NCBI GenBank assembly: GCA_023231475.1
Contig: JALJEE010002733.1
Span: 124,001 to 188,000 of the forward strand
Direction: 5' to 3'
Source: Seison nebaliae
Taxonomy: Eukaryota
Length of the DNA stretch: 64,000 nucleotides
In this document: one piece after another, positions 28,435 to 43,287 of the stretch
Layout of the letters: each line of letters begins with the position of its first letter
Numbering within the stretch: the first letter of the stretch is position 1
Notes under the pieces: model-generated
Told to the model about the DNA's origin: nothing
The model's database searches: none
What the model saw: only the letters and a program-made list of their open reading frames with translations
Program-made: the position numbers and the translations under genes

Positions 28435-30601
28435 ATGGAAATCGATGAAAAATCTGTACATTGTAGAATGGTTGTGGAAATCGATGGTATGAGCGATGGC
28501 AATGTTTAGTTGTTTTTTACATTAATCCCCATTCCTTCTTTCATTCGAGTTTAGCAAGAGGAGAATAATGATGACAAGTGGCCATATGAAGAGAAAGTGA
28601 AGGGAAATGATCATGTAAAAATTTATGAAATGATTCTCTATGGGATCGGTGGACTACCTTATGAGTTATGTGCTAATGCAATCGGATTTTATATTACAGC
28701 ATTCCTCTTGGAAGTAGCTCAAGTTTAGTTAAAATTTCTTAACATTCTTCTACATATTCAATGAATTAGATTCGTGCAGTTTATGCATCAGCTGTAGTTT
28801 TTGCGGCTAAGGTATTTGACGCCATAACTGATCCTTTAACTGGAATGTGCGTTAGTGCTACCAATTCGAAATATGGTCGAACGAAACCTTGGTTGGTATT
28901 TAAATGATGAATGAATAAAATAAAAATTTTGTGGTTTTTTTCAGGGTACTCGGTTCGACGATACCTGCCATCTTCTGCTATTTGGGTCTTTGGTATGTTC
29001 CCGACGGTTGGTCTCAACACAGCAAAGTCATGTACTATATTTTTTTCAATTGTGCGTTTGGTTTATTCTTATCAGTTTGTAAATATTTGTTTGTCTCATG
29101 AGAATTGTGGTAATTTATTAATTTTCTAGTTATTACATGTACCTTACACTACAATGGTGATGTACGTTACTAATAATAGTACTTTACGAGACCGATTGAC
29201 AGCATTCAGTTTTATTAAATTTCCTTCTTCTTGATAAATTCATTCACGTGTAATAGGAATGATCTTCGAAGCATTTGGTATACTTGCTTCTGTTGTTACA
29301 CAAGGTCTCATCATCCGAATGAGTGGTGGGTCGTTGGGAGAATGCGATACAGATGGAAATACCACAACAAACTCATTAGAAAAGACAGTTCTTTTTTGAA
29401 ATTATATTCTTCCATTTCTTCTTATTCTACATAGAAAAAAGGATATATTTATGCTGCTATTTTTATGGGAACGATGTATTTCATCTGTGTGATTTGTATC
29501 ACTTTAGGTGTCAAAGAACGAATCCGTTAGACATCTAATTCCAATCATTACAATCATTTCAAACTCTTCTTAGGAACGGCTAAACATCACATCTCTCAAA
29601 TTGGACGATCAGTTAAACTGGTTTTATCACATCGACCTTACCAAATATTAGTAGGAGCTTATGTCATGTCATGTTTGTCCATTCAAACCGTTCAAGGATG
29701 TTTAATTCTTTATTGTAAATACGTTCTCCACGCGGAGAAACATTTCGATTTCATTTGTATCACATTAATCGTTATACATTCTCCCCTTCCACTATCTAAA
29801 TTCTATTCAATATTTTCAGGCTTCTGCCGTCGTTTCACAACCGTTATGGTATTATTTGATGGGTAGAATTGGTAAGAAGCCGTTATGGATGATGGGTTGT
29901 GTCGTTAGTACATTTCCCCAATTTATATTTTCTTCAAATCGAAACATATTTTTAAATTATTTGAAAATTTTAAATTTCCACTCAAATTTTTATTAGTTTT
30001 TGTTTCCATCATACGAAAATTTTCGAGAAAATACATCGAGATGAATTGAAACGATTTAAGAAAAGTAGAAATGATTGTATTTGTATATTATTTGTAGGTG
30101 TTAGGACCATGTGCGATTGTTCTCTTTTATCTGGAGAATATATCGACAGCCTATGTCGTCTTCATAATAGCTGGAATGACCATTGGCATCAATTTTCTGG
30201 TTCCATGGAGTATGTTACCGGATGTGCTTGATAATTTCGTTTTCAAATACGAAGAAAGGCATGATCCAATATTCTACTCATTTTTCGTTTTTATTACAAA
30301 ATTCTCAGCTGGTATCGCATTAGCTGTCTCACAATTGGTCTTAGAGTTTGATTTGAAATTAATTTTGGGAAACAGTAATAATTTCTTTCATAGATATGTA
30401 GGGAAATATGAAGCTGGCCGTTGTGAACAGCCGCCAACCGTTGGGAAAACATTAAGGTACATTGTTGTACCGGGTCCATTTATATTTAATTTAATTTGTA
30501 TCATCTTCCTCTGGAGATACCCATTAACTTCCAGTTATATGAAGAAGGTAAATAATAAAGTCAGAGATATCCCACAGTTACCTGTCATTCTCTCTTCTTA
30601 A
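28435..30601 (+). CDS. MFSD2: MFSD2A/B-like major facilitator (GPH family) lysophospholipid transporter, ~508 aa, 11 exons
   Basis: Exons 28435-28503, 28555-28722, 28770-28891, 28945-29074, 29130-29208, 29257-29387, 29435-29525, 29574-29770, 29820-29903, 30098-30345, 30394-30601 total 1527 nt, in frame; all 10 donors are GTT. Motifs: LYGIGGLPY, FLLEVAQ, KVFDAITDPL, KYGRTKPW, HVPYT, PWSMLPDV, PIFYSFFVFITKFSAG. Confidence 0.9.
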
Positions 30602-31269
30602 TCGATTTATCCATCCATTCTCCCCAAATATGTCATGCAATTTATAGAAATCATGAAAATACCTCAATAAAAGATTACATTTACAACACTTTTACTTGAA
30701 AGAGAAAATGGGTCGGAAATAGCCGATAATTATTTGATCAAAACTTTCCAACATTCAAACCATCCAAACTCAATCATCAAGTCTATTTTTGAAAGGCAAC
30801 TATTTTTTATTATTTATTCTTAATAAACATCGATAAAATCAACTCAATTTTTCTATTTGTGTAATGTTCTCAACGTGATTTAAAGAAAAACAGAATCATC
30901 CTAATCTTTTAAAAACCATCTAAACCAAATTGCATTAAACTATTCCTAATTCAATTCCTGATTCTCCTGATATTCTCAATTCAATATCATCAATTCGGAT
31001 ATTTAAATTTGTCATAAACGTTAGATTCTAACAACATTTACATAGTAACTCCAATTTAATTGTTTTGAAGCGATTTGATGGGTACAATTTATTCACACAT
31101 AAAATAAAACACAAGAGAGATACGAAAAATGGGAAAAACGAGAGTTTGAACTGATACAGGTGGAAAGAACAGATAAATCATATCGATAGAACGTGAGGTG
31201 GTTTTATATATACATTTCGTGGGAAAACAATTAAAGCGATACTTAATATCTCGTTCAACAAACATTATC

Positions 31270-31830
31270 CGAGTGACATCTGACCGTAAAGTTAAGTAAT
31301 CTAAGGTTTAATTTGATAATGCCAGCTCGCTCATTGTTTTCGATTGCCTGATGGCTTGATTTTTGTGCTTATTATAATATCTTGATCTAGATCTGGACTT
31401 GAATGATTCTCAGGTATTGATGGAATTATAGGTAATGCTGGAAGAATGGACTCGTTTTCAAGAATTTTTTAGCTAATCTAAATCCGGCATGATCATTGAA
31501 TTTATCGACAATCAAAATTGCTGATGTATCGACGTCTTGAATGAAACTGCCGTATGGACAATCCACTAGATTGATACCTTCAGAGAATCCCAGACATCTC
31601 TTAAGTCTTCGTCCATCTTTGCCTCATCTGAGGGTTTAAATGAACTATTCAATCTGAACTAGTTATACCAGATTTGACCAAGTGAAGGATAACCAGGAAA
31701 AGGTTATGTAGGAAATGTTAAAATGGACGAACGAGATGAAGAAAGACATCTAACGTATAGAGGCAAAGCTGAATACGAAAGAAAGTATCAAGACCCTATT
31801 GCAAATATCTGCGTTATCTTGTAAAATATG
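31270..31830. pseudogene. Possible decayed coding or transposon-derived fragment
   Basis: Higher GC and sequence complexity than the flanks. The minus strand has an open stretch of about 65 codons (GKDGRRLKRCLGFSEGINLVDCPYGSFIQDVD...FQHYL*). The plus strand has a stop-interrupted coiled-coil-like stretch (FDQVKDNQEKVM*EMLKWTNEMKKDI*RIEAKL). No family is recognised. Confidence 0.25.
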
Positions 31831-32260
31831 AATGGAACATTAACTTCGGGTCACAGCGTATATCATTTTCAAAACTCAAATTTTTACTTTTATTATTTAT
31901 CTTATGAATATTTTATCATCGTTTCTTTCAACCTTAAACGATCGTTACATAGTTTCTAGTATTGTACAGTAGGGCTATTATTGTCTTCAAAAAACCAGTT
32001 TTATTAAAATTATCAAGTTTTCAACATTTTAGTTTTCCTGTTTTGACAATTTCCTAATGATAAATGAGGTTAAATAAATTAATATTAAATAAATTGACAT
32101 ATTATATCTGTTAGATGTAAGAAGCTGAAATTTTAGATAGAATAATTTGAATGATGAGGAAATTTGTGAGAGAAAAGGATTTAAATAAAGAAAACTTTGT
32201 AATATTATAAACGTTTAAGCTTAGATCAAAAATATACGGAACTATTAGTTTAAGTGAAGA

Positions 32261-35200
32261 ATGAGTCGAAGAGATGCTGAAGCACGTCGCGCCCAAGCGT
32301 TAGATCAATTATTAAATACAAAAAAATCGGAACGTTCAGAAATTGATGCATTAAAAGAGAAAGAGGACGATGTCGATGATGATATGTATGATTATATTTC
32401 CGAAGATGAATTCGATCCCGAACAACATGTTGAATGGAAGGAAGCATTGAAAGAGGATTTCGAAGATGAAATCAATTCGTCAAAACAGAATAATAAATCA
32501 TTAAAGAATGATAGAAAACGGAAACGAGAAGAGAAGAAATTGAAGAAGTTGAAACAAGCGAAAACATTCTCTTCTTCATTGTTCGTTCAAAATTGTTGTG
32601 AAGAGATTGAGAGAGATGAAGAAGATGAAGAGGAGGAAGAAAAGGAAGAGAAATCGAATCAATTAGATATTCGAGATTTTGGTGAGAAGAAGAATTCGAA
32701 TGTATCAATTATGGATAAGTTGACGAATATTTATGAGAAACAAATGGAAAAGAAACGTCAACAGAAGATGGAAATGAAACAGAAATTGATGTCACCAGGA
32801 GATACAGATGAGATTTTAGCAGATTTATTAGCGAATAAAAACGAGTATATTAAAGAAGAAGAAGAAGAAGAAGAAGAAGAATCGAAAAAAGAGGAGGAGG
32901 AGGAAGATGATGATTTCGATTTTCTTAATGATAATACTCAAATGAATGTGATAGAGAATGAGAAGAAGGAGAAGAAATATGAATCGATTCAAGAAAAGAA
33001 TATAAAGATAGAGATAAATGAAGAAGAAGATGATGATTTCGATTTCGCTGATGGAGAAGAATTGTATGATGATAAAAAGAAGAAAATTTTCATTTTTGAA
33101 ATTTATGAAGAGAATTCAAAATTATATTTAATCGGCAAATTGAATCGAACCAACGAGAGTTGTTGCATTGTTGTGAATGGAATGTATCGTGAAGTTCTCT
33201 TTGAGAATGATGGAAATCGAAATTTCGATATGATGAAACAAGAAATTATCGATCATAATCAATTAGATGATATGATAATGAAATGGAGAATTGTTGAACG
33301 TAGAGACGTAATGAAAAACGGGAGAAACAATTCATATTTGCAACTTTATTTCAAATCAGATCGATTATTGAGACGTTTAAAAGAGTTGAATTGGAAGGAG
33401 ACGATTCATTATCTTCATCGGTCGATGGTGGAGGAGTTTATCTTACAATTCAATATGTATGGTCCTTCTTGGATAGAGATTGAGAATTTTGAAGAAAAAT
33501 TATCTCCCAACACATTTATTTCATGGACGAATCATGAATATGTTATTAATTTAGAAGATGGTCAATTTTCTATGAGAAATCATATGAAATTATTGAATAA
33601 TTATCAACTCGTTCCACAATTCAAATTAGCTTCGATTCATTTGGGTGAATTGGACGAGAATATTGTCAGTCTTTCCATTGTCTATCATTCTAATTGGAAG
33701 ATCGATCAAGAGAATGACGAGAAATCAGAACGAAATAATTTGACATTTATCACCAACCGAATGTTGCCCAATGAAGAATTGCCAAAGAACTTTTCCGAAA
33801 TGTTACGAGAATGTGAGAAAAGTCGTGGAATTAAAATTAATTTATGTCGATCCGAATCTGATTTACTTCGATGTTTTCTCGATTTTCTTAATGAAAAAGA
33901 TATCGATATAATCGTCGGTTATGATTTATTGGAGAATCAAATGAAATTATTAAGTAAACGATTGAAATTACATTTCTCCAATCGAGTTCAATGGTCGAAA
34001 ATTGGTCGAATTAAACGAACAGATATCAATTCCGTTTTATTTCCATTAAATGATGTCATATCGATCGGACGATTACAATTAGATATAAAATCATCATCTA
34101 AAGAATTAATACAAAAATTGACGAGTTTCGATTTCTCTTCGATCGTCAAATCGACACTCTCTATCAATTTTCAGTTGATGAATGTTGATCGATTGAAAAA
34201 TAGAAATGTCTTTCCAATTTGTATGAGTCAAATTCGGAAATGTCTTCTCCAAATTCAAGTTTCTAATCAATTATTGATTTGTCCGTTGATGTATGAGATT
34301 ACGAAGATTGTTGGAAATCGATTTTGTCGGACATTAATCGGTGGTCGTGCTGAACGGAACGAATCATTATTATTACACGAATTCTTCCAAAGAGATTTCG
34401 TTTTACCATCTCCTATATCGAAATATTCGAATAAGAAACCCGTTATCGTCGACAATGAAGCGACATATACTGGTGGTTTGGTGTTGGAACCGAAAATCGG
34501 TTTATATCGTCAAATGGTAATTCTCATCGATTTCAATTCACTTTATCCGAGTATTATTCGTGAATTTGACATTTGTTTCTCCACCATCAATTGGAGTGAT
34601 TGGAAGAATGAGGAATGGAATGAGTTGTTGAATGAGAAGAATCGTTTAAATTATGAGAAACCGGTTTTGCCGAAATTGATGGAAAATTTAATTGAGAAAC
34701 GGAAAGAAGTGAAAGAATTGATGAAGAATGAAGAGGGGGGAAAGAAGAATCAATTAGATGTAAAACAAAAAGCATTAAAATTGACAGCTAATTCCATTTA
34801 TGGTTGTTTGGGAATGATGACATCGAGATTTTATGCGAAACCATTAGCTGCATTGATAACGTGTAAAGGTCGTCAGATTTTGTTGAAAACGAAAAATTTC
34901 TTAGAGAAAGAAATGAAAATTGAAGTTATTTATGGTGATACAGATTCATTGATGATTAATTCAAATACTCGATCAATAGACGAAGTAAGAAAGTTGAGTG
35001 AAAAATTAATTGAATGTGTAAATGAACAATATCAAATCCTGCAAATGGGAATTGATGGAATTTATGAACGTTTACTCCTTCTCAAAAAGAAGAAATATGC
35101 AGCACTCTTATATGATGAGAATGGAAAGAATGAAATAGAATTGAAAGGAATTGATGTGGTTCGACGTGATTGGTGTGTCATAGCACGACAAATTGGAAAG

Positions 35201-36681
35201 GAAGTTATCCGATTTATTTTAACATCAACATCACCCGAAGAGACGAATGAAAATATTATAAATTATTTGAAAGAACAAAAGAAGAAAGTGGAAGATGATG
35301 AAGTAAATATTAACCAATTCGTAATCAGTAAAATTCTTCATCGACATCCGGAGAAATATGTAGAAAAGAAATCGTTACCTCATGTCAATGCTGCTTTATA
35401 TCACAATGAATATTTCCATTTGAATCGTATCAATTGTGAACGGTTTAAAGGAAATGATACCGTCAATTATGTCGTTTGTTCAAATGAAGAAAATTCTTCA
35501 AAAAATTATCCAGAACGATCATATACTCTCCAACAATTCGAACATCAATTCAAATCAAAAAAGAAGTTGATAATTGATAAAATTTATTATATATCTCAAC
35601 AAATCTTTCCAATCATTTCACGAATTGTCACTTCCATCGATTCGATCGATCTAGAAGAAATTTCATCCATTTTCAATATTTCCATTCCACATCATCAATC
35701 CAAATTACAAAATAAATCATATGTGGGAAATTCAGTTTCGAATAATTTAAACAATTTATTGAACGGGAAGAAATCGCGAAAAATCTTCGATCGATTCTCC
35801 ATCAATTGTCCAGAATGTCAAACGGAAAACTCTTCAACTCGTCTTATGGTTCGTCGACGATCCGATATCGATCCTCAAGTTAATCTTTTTCCATTTTCTT
35901 CCATCAAATTCTCTCAATTTCTAATTTTAGTTAATTTTCCTTTTCACCAAATGTGTTAATGGGGATTGTGGAAATAATTTTCTAAGTACAAATGGAAAGT
36001 TCATTGTCATTCAATTCCGCAAGTTCTTACAAGAACAATTTGAAAAATTAATTCAAATGAACTTCCGTTGTAATGATATCACTTGTAATCAATTGACATA
36101 TGGAGAATGTTCGTGGTTGAAGGATAATAAGAAACTTCGTTGTTCCATTTGTAAAATTGGATATCTTGAGATCGATGTTGGATATTTCTCATTCTTATTT
36201 TCTATATTTTATTTTAAGTATACGAAAACGGATTTTCATGCTCATTTGACGAAATTGAAAGAAATATTTTCATTAGAGAAATTAGTCGATTTCATCAATT
36301 CGTCGATTAGCGAAATGAATATGTCGAAAGAGAATTTTAATAAACTACAAAAAGATGTAGTGGATGGTTTATATTTTTTTTTAATATGAATTTAATATTG
36401 GAGATTTTTTCTTATTTTTAGCAATGCAATTATACAATAGTTTATCCAAGAACGTTAAAGAACAAATACCAATAATGAACAAGTTGAATGGGGTGGAATG
36501 GAATGGAAATAAACTGGAGTTTGGAGAACGTTATGTGAATTTTTTAGAAATTTTAAACAAACAAATTGACAACTATCTGAAATGCATTCAGTTCGAGAAT
36601 TTGAACTTAGGAGCATTAATTCACACTATTTACGGTGACAATCGTCTAATGAATGCACAACAACTTTCTATGTATTTATAA
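32261..36681 (+). CDS. POLA1: DNA polymerase alpha catalytic subunit, ~1423 aa
   Basis: Exons 32261-35878, 35931-36176, 36219-36366, 36422-36681 total 4272 nt, in frame. Family-B motifs: YTGGLVLEPK, DFNSLYPSII, KLTANSIYG, YGDTDS, KKKYA, KGIDVVRRDW. Pol-alpha-type features: acidic N-terminus (DMYDYISEDEF), GGRAERNE.LLLH, and C-terminal Cys pairs CPEC/CVNGDC/CNDITC/CSIC. Confidence 0.95.
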
Positions 36682-37253
36682 GGAAACTTATTTTTTCATT
36701 CTTTTTCAGACATTTCTAAAAATCATTTTCACTTTTGGAATCGTAATAAACATTTCTTCAAACAAGTTAAAAACTATTCTACTCGACACAGTTACAATTT
36801 ATCGTCTCCACATGTTCTTTTGTGTTGAGCGTCATTCTCTTCATAAAAATTTTAATCGTACATCCAATCTAAAAATTATGACCTAATATGTTTATACTAT
36901 AATTTGAAATTTCAATTCGGTCCCTCTTTTTTAATTAATAATTTATGCATTAACTCTGCAAGCCAATCGAAGTTTCTAACAAATTAACTTCTTATAGACT
37001 ACTAATTTAGGATAAATTATTTATGAAATCCGAATAATATAAGTCATATCAATTCCATATCTTAATAAAATTAGTTTCTTACTCACACTAATCAATGTAG
37101 TGAATATCCTAATTTCTTCCATCCTTTAATTCTTCCATTTTCAAATCGGAAAGAAAAAAGGAAAAAAAATTTGATTAAAAAAAATTAAAATATTAATTGT
37201 GCAAACTTTAACTTGTCTTATAGTCAAAGAATAGATGAGTTTGTCATTTTTCG

Positions 37254-37715
37254 TTAAGAAAGAGAAAAGTGAAAACCGGGAGAACCTTCAACCATATCAC
37301 CAGAATAAGTATTGATTTTGTAGGAAATGACTGAGGTTATGGGAAAGAAACAATTACTCGTTTTATGTTTGAAAGTTTGTACAGGTTGAAGAGTAACAGT
37401 CGAATAAAACGAGTGAAAGTTCTCATTAATTTTCAATTAAGATTTTTCCTTGTAATTTTTCCTCATTTATCATGACTCGTTTTCGCCTCTTCATTAACAC
37501 ACCAGAAAACGTCATCATCATGCTTGAAGTCATTTTTTCGAATTTTTATTCTGGCAATTTGTTTCTTTAATATGTAATCCTTCTTATTCGAGAGTTTTAC
37601 AACAGATACTCATAGGAACTACGAGGATTTCTTTAACCCTTCCAAAAAATATGGATCATTATCAACTATGGATCCCACTCAACACTTGGTCTATTTTCAG
37701 GTCGTAGTTTTAAGT
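37254..37715 (-). pseudogene. Possible degenerate gene fragment (Ig-like?)
   Basis: Stop- and frameshift-interrupted segments RPENRPSVEW and ARIKIRKNDFKHDDDVFWC loosely resemble Ig C- and E/F-strand motifs. Weak. Confidence 0.2.
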
Positions 37716-40237
37716 TTTCCGAGAGTTTTTTTTTTAGTTTTTCAATTATTTAATTTTTTTAAATTTTAATTCGAAATTTCTCTTATGACTTTTAAATTTT
37801 TAAGAGCATTGAACTGGAATTGACATGATAAAGATCTGCTGGTACATATCAGGTATTCGATAATTCGATTTTTAGGGTTTATAATTTTTTCTAAATTGAA
37901 TTATCGTACAAGTAGAAAATCATCGAACAATTATTTATCTGGTAATAGAGTAGACGTTATAATAAAAAATTAAGAAGAAACAATTGATTGGAGGATGATA
38001 ATGTGAAGAATGCCTGATAATATTAAACGAAATCACTCATCAATATTGGTAATGATTAACTAATACAAGGTTATTCTAGTGCTACTTCAATATTACCAGA
38101 ATGAGAATAAGGATTAATTGCTGCTTGTAACTGTATTGAAAATTGGAGAATGTTTATAGGAGTAACTTGTTTATTATTCATTCAATTTAATAAATTGATG
38201 AGGGGGAATTATTGCCCGTTTTTAGCCAAAAGTATCTTTGATGAATTCTTCTGTTAATTTTATCGAGAATTTCTTATGTCCAAACGTTTTCGTTCCATCT
38301 TAATCATTCTCCATGAAAACAGTAAAAGATTAAAATGAATTTTTGATGTGAAGAGAATGAACATGATTTGATTTTAGGAAATTCCACTAATCAATTCGAT
38401 TATATTTTTTATATTAAATTAATTGGTAAACTGATAATTTCCGGATGACATGAGTTTCCATTAGTCACAGGAACGATGAATGTTAAAGAGATAAAAAGAT
38501 AAACAAGAAATTTAATGAATACTCTTCCATTAAATCATGCTCAAAATGTCAATGAAATTTCCGTAATATGATCCTCCTCACCACAACAATAATAGAAAGA
38601 AGGAGAATGATATGAATGTATGAGTGATTGTGAGAAACTTCATAAATATGAGACTATTTGCACTGATATCATATTAGACAATTTGTTGTTTTTTTACGGA
38701 ATATTCATGTTCCTTCCAAAATATTCTTTTATTGACATAATACTTTCTTAGTGATTGAGATCGATTATCAGTTTCGATTCGAATCCATCTTTCTTTATTT
38801 GACGCACTTTCTCTCACTCTTCTCCTACTTTCTTACTTTCGCATTCGTTTTTCAAATCGATCTTTTATCATTTCTTTATAAAACAATCGAGGTAGAGTAG
38901 AACTCATCTAAAATAAATATTATTATTATTAAATGAATATATATTTATATTTATTCTATGAATGCACAAAAGTTCAATAACTGCCACAATGAATTCTCCA
39001 ATCGCTAATCATTTATAGTGATTTGGGGTTAGAAATTAACATGATCTAACATAAGTGAAAGAATGAAGAGAATTAATATGAAGAGATCATATCTCTTTTA
39101 AAAGTTCTTTGCGAAACAATTTACCAGATGAATATATCAAATATTCATGAAAGAATCGTTAATGGCTTAACCAGCACAAATTGATTTTCTCCCAATTTTC
39201 ATTATTCTTTTATCAGAACTTCCATTTTTTTTCTTTCTTATCGATGAATTGATATTATGATGGTGCTAATATATGAATCATAATAAATAATTATTATTCA
39301 GAGGAGTAGATCATCAAACGGAATGTTGTCCATTTCTCTCTTTTGACACAGAGTTTCTACATATTCGATTAACCAACAAAATTTTCGTAATTTATTTCCG
39401 TCCATTCCTCCTCTTGTTGATTCGGCTAATCAACCATTTCTTCCAACACAATGAACTTCTTCTTCTTCATCACCATCATCAACATCATCTTCTTCTTCTT
39501 CAACTTAACAATTCCTCACAAACCAATTTAGATGGCAATATATATTTCTCTCCTTTGATACGTATATGACAATGTTCCATTTTGCTTTTAGTGTTTAAGA
39601 AACCGCAAAATTTAATATGATCATATTATTCGTTATAGAAACAAATGGCGTCTTGTGAACCGTGCTTCCTACTATCACTTTAACAATTTGCCATAACCAA
39701 TTAATCCAAATCTTGTCAAAAGCTGATTTGTCAAACAATATTGATTTATTCCATTATCGTTCATGTTTATTCATTCGATCATTATATTCCCATACTATCG
39801 CTTTCGAAGTCAATCTTTCTGATACGGTAGCTGGCTAAATGTTAGACAGGTTCATTCTCCTCCATCACATTCATTATGTGTGTGAGAAATGTCAAATATA
39901 TGACAATTCTATTCATGTTTTAGAAAAAGGTTTGGGTAATAATAAGTTAACAGAAATTGGGAATACGAATGTCCAATCTAACTTTCGACAAGGTTGAATT
40001 TCTACGAAACATACACTACATATCAGCAGTAGTAAGAGTAGTAAGAAGAAGTTATGTTGGATAACCAAAATATTCGTATAGGACATCAATGTTCATTAAC
40101 TTCTCCTACATGGGAGGAAAGGTATTAGGAAAACGGGAAAATTATAAGAAATTTATTCACCATTTATTCTCCTTTCTTAATAATGCTCATTACGAAAATA
40201 TTAAAATTTCATTAATACCATTTGCCACTGAGACATC

Positions 40238-40248
40238 ACTACTACTAC

Positions 40249-40283
<35 letters not shown>
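40238..40283. repeat. (ACT)n trinucleotide microsatellite
   Basis: Near-perfect ACT run with one interruption. Confidence 0.95.
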
Positions 40284-40284
<1 letters not shown>

Positions 40285-43200
40285 GTATTACTAATCAATG
40301 TATTTATGAAGAATAGAAGATGTGAAGTTGCAAATTCTCATGTAACAATCAAAATTTTTATCTCCTGAAAATGAATGTTCCGATATTCGTCTTCAACAAA
40401 CTTCCTCGATTTGAGGAATCACTCGCTCCAATACAAGTTATCTTTTGTGTGTCAATCTTCTAATCCGTCTAATAAATTTCTTCGATAATTTTTTGACGAT
40501 CTAATTTACCACGACATGTTCAACTCGAATATGATGCATGCATGATATCGAGCAGGAGAAAAAGTGTTTCCATAACATTCGATAAGATCATGTGATTACA
40601 GGCGAATATTTATAAGTTTTTCCATTCACGCCAAATCAACATGAAGTTAGACGGTTAAAATGGGAGAATCTATTGCCAAGAGATAATCATTTCCCTAGTG
40701 CATCCCTTATACATTGTCGACAATTGACTCAGTCACGTTGGCAATCACCAGTCAGATTTACTTTTCGATGTTTAAAAATTATAAGATATGAAATTATTTA
40801 TTCATTCTCTACCATCAGACATAATTAATCTTCTGACATCGAAGAGAAGAGGAATGATAATTATAAATTTGAAACGAAATCTTGTTCACGAAATTAAAAA
40901 CCTATAATCTTTATTAATTTCTCTCCGGAAATTTCTATTACCTACCGATCATATTTAGTAAATGAAATTTCAAATTTTTTCAATTTATCTTTCCATACAA
41001 CTATTATATTATTGTCCAGTAACATAACAGGTTATTTACTAATCATTATTAATGTAGTTTTCTTTTTCTTTTTGAGACTAACACTTTTGGCTCAACTTCA
41101 ACTTTTATTTAACTGACTCAAACTAATGACAAATATCTTCCACTTGGAATCATACCCCGATTAAAATGTTTTTCGATGATGTTATTCATTTGATTAGCTT
41201 TCACATGAAGACCAAGGAAAGAGTTTCTGAAATTTTTTATTGAAAACATTTTATGATTCGTTATATTAGTAATGTGTTTGTAAATAAATTGAATATTGAT
41301 TATGAAAACTGTTTGGGGATTTGATAGAGGTCATATCTGATAAACCGGTTAGAAGAAAAAGAATGGAAATTCAAATGAAAGGTTTGCCATGTCGATCGTT
41401 GTCAGATAAATGACAGTGAGAGAATTTAACAGTAATTAAACAGATGAAGCAGTAGGAATAATAATCTTTCTTCTTCTTTCCTGATTATTATCTAGGATTG
41501 TTTAATGAAGAATATGGTGAAAAAAAGATAGAAGGAAGAAAAGGAAATTAATAATCGGCATTACCCTTACAAGCTACGGTAGCGATGATGTAAAATAATG
41601 TTAAATATACATCAGTTCTTCATTTCATTCACGATACGATAGCATGGTATCATTTGCATTTTTTACCTTTCTTCTGCGATTAATCATTCCAATTTTTGAA
41701 TGCATAAATGACATGGATCCATATGCTGACAATGGAGATTTTCATTACTGTCTTTCACAATGTTATCAAGAAAGAAGAGAATTGAATAAGTTTTCTCAAT
41801 AATAAAATAATTCTCACCATTTATTAGTGTGACGTTATAAATGGTGAATAGATGAGTATGCTCAACTTATTACTATCAGTATTATTCCATCACCCTAATA
41901 AGGTTCACCATTCGCACAATTCGATAAACTTTCACTTTCTCTATCAGCGAGGTATTGATGGAGCATGATTAATCCTCTGATTTTCTTTTTCAACTTTCTC
42001 CTTCATCTTTTCCATCTACACTTGCTGCTCATCCATCGGGAGTACTTTCCATCTTCTCCCAAGATAAATGAAAGGAAACTTCTTTATAATTTCTTCTAAT
42101 CTAATTTGCGATTGATCATATCTACAACCACTACGACACATATATAATTCATCAAACATTTCTCTGTTTCTTCTATTTCCAGGGAAAAAATTTTAATTAA
42201 ACTAAAGAAGTATTTCGCTAAGTTGGACATGACCTTAGTCGATATGAAAAAACCGAAATGGCCAACGAAAAAGTATGGAAGAGAAACTATGAGGGAAGAA
42301 TGCAGGTGAAAGTAGATAAGAATGAAGGAAGATGTCAAATTGTTTCACGAATAGAATGAACGGTTCTTTGTGTCTCATAATAATTTTGTCGATTATTCTA
42401 GATTATGTCAATTGAGCATTATTTGATAGTGTCGCTGCTGTTGTTAATTGAGAAGCATCATCTTAAAAACGATTATTCCTTTCTATTCTTTTCTTAGACA
42501 GTTACACCATAACCATATCTGTTTGGTGATTCCCTAGAAGTCAGATGATGTTTCAGTTACGAATCACTACCATGCTTGTTGTTTGTTCCGTCATAATTCT
42601 TACACGTTCGCTTTTTAGAACATTGCATAATGTCAGTAATATAGACAATGATAATGCAAATTTAAGGTAAAGAAAAATGATTTGAAAGGGTCTTCTATCA
42701 TTGGCCTTCTTTCTGTTCTTTTCTTGCTGTTCATGCATTATAAGAATTTTCGTCTTCTCCACTATTGATAGAAGAGGAAGATAAAGGAACATAGAAGTTT
42801 CCATATATATTTATCCATGTCAACTACCGTAGGTGAGAATGAAGTGTGATTAGATGTAGAAGAGATGGTTGATTGAATGAATGTAAAGTATGAATGGATG
42901 AATAAATCAATGATAAATGAATACTTATAAGAAATGATGCGAATTCTATATATTACTTACCTATAATTTTTTTTATAATTTCCATTTATATCCAATCAAC
43001 TAATCCCAATCTAGTAATTTCTCTCATTTCTTCACTCTGTCCCCCTTTCCCCCAATCACTACCGTCAACTCCTTCCTTCCTTTCTTACATCATCACAAAA
43101 TGAGTTTTCTAACCAAACATTTTTTCACAAAAATTCTGATATTGATAATTGTCATTTGATATTTCATCTATCAACTTTTTTCTCATTCAGATCGAATTCT

Positions 43201-43287
43201 ATTAGGAATTCATGGGAATTTCAAATTTCATTCCGAATCATTCTCGTTGACATATTCATCTGAAATTCTACATTGATTATTATTTTA

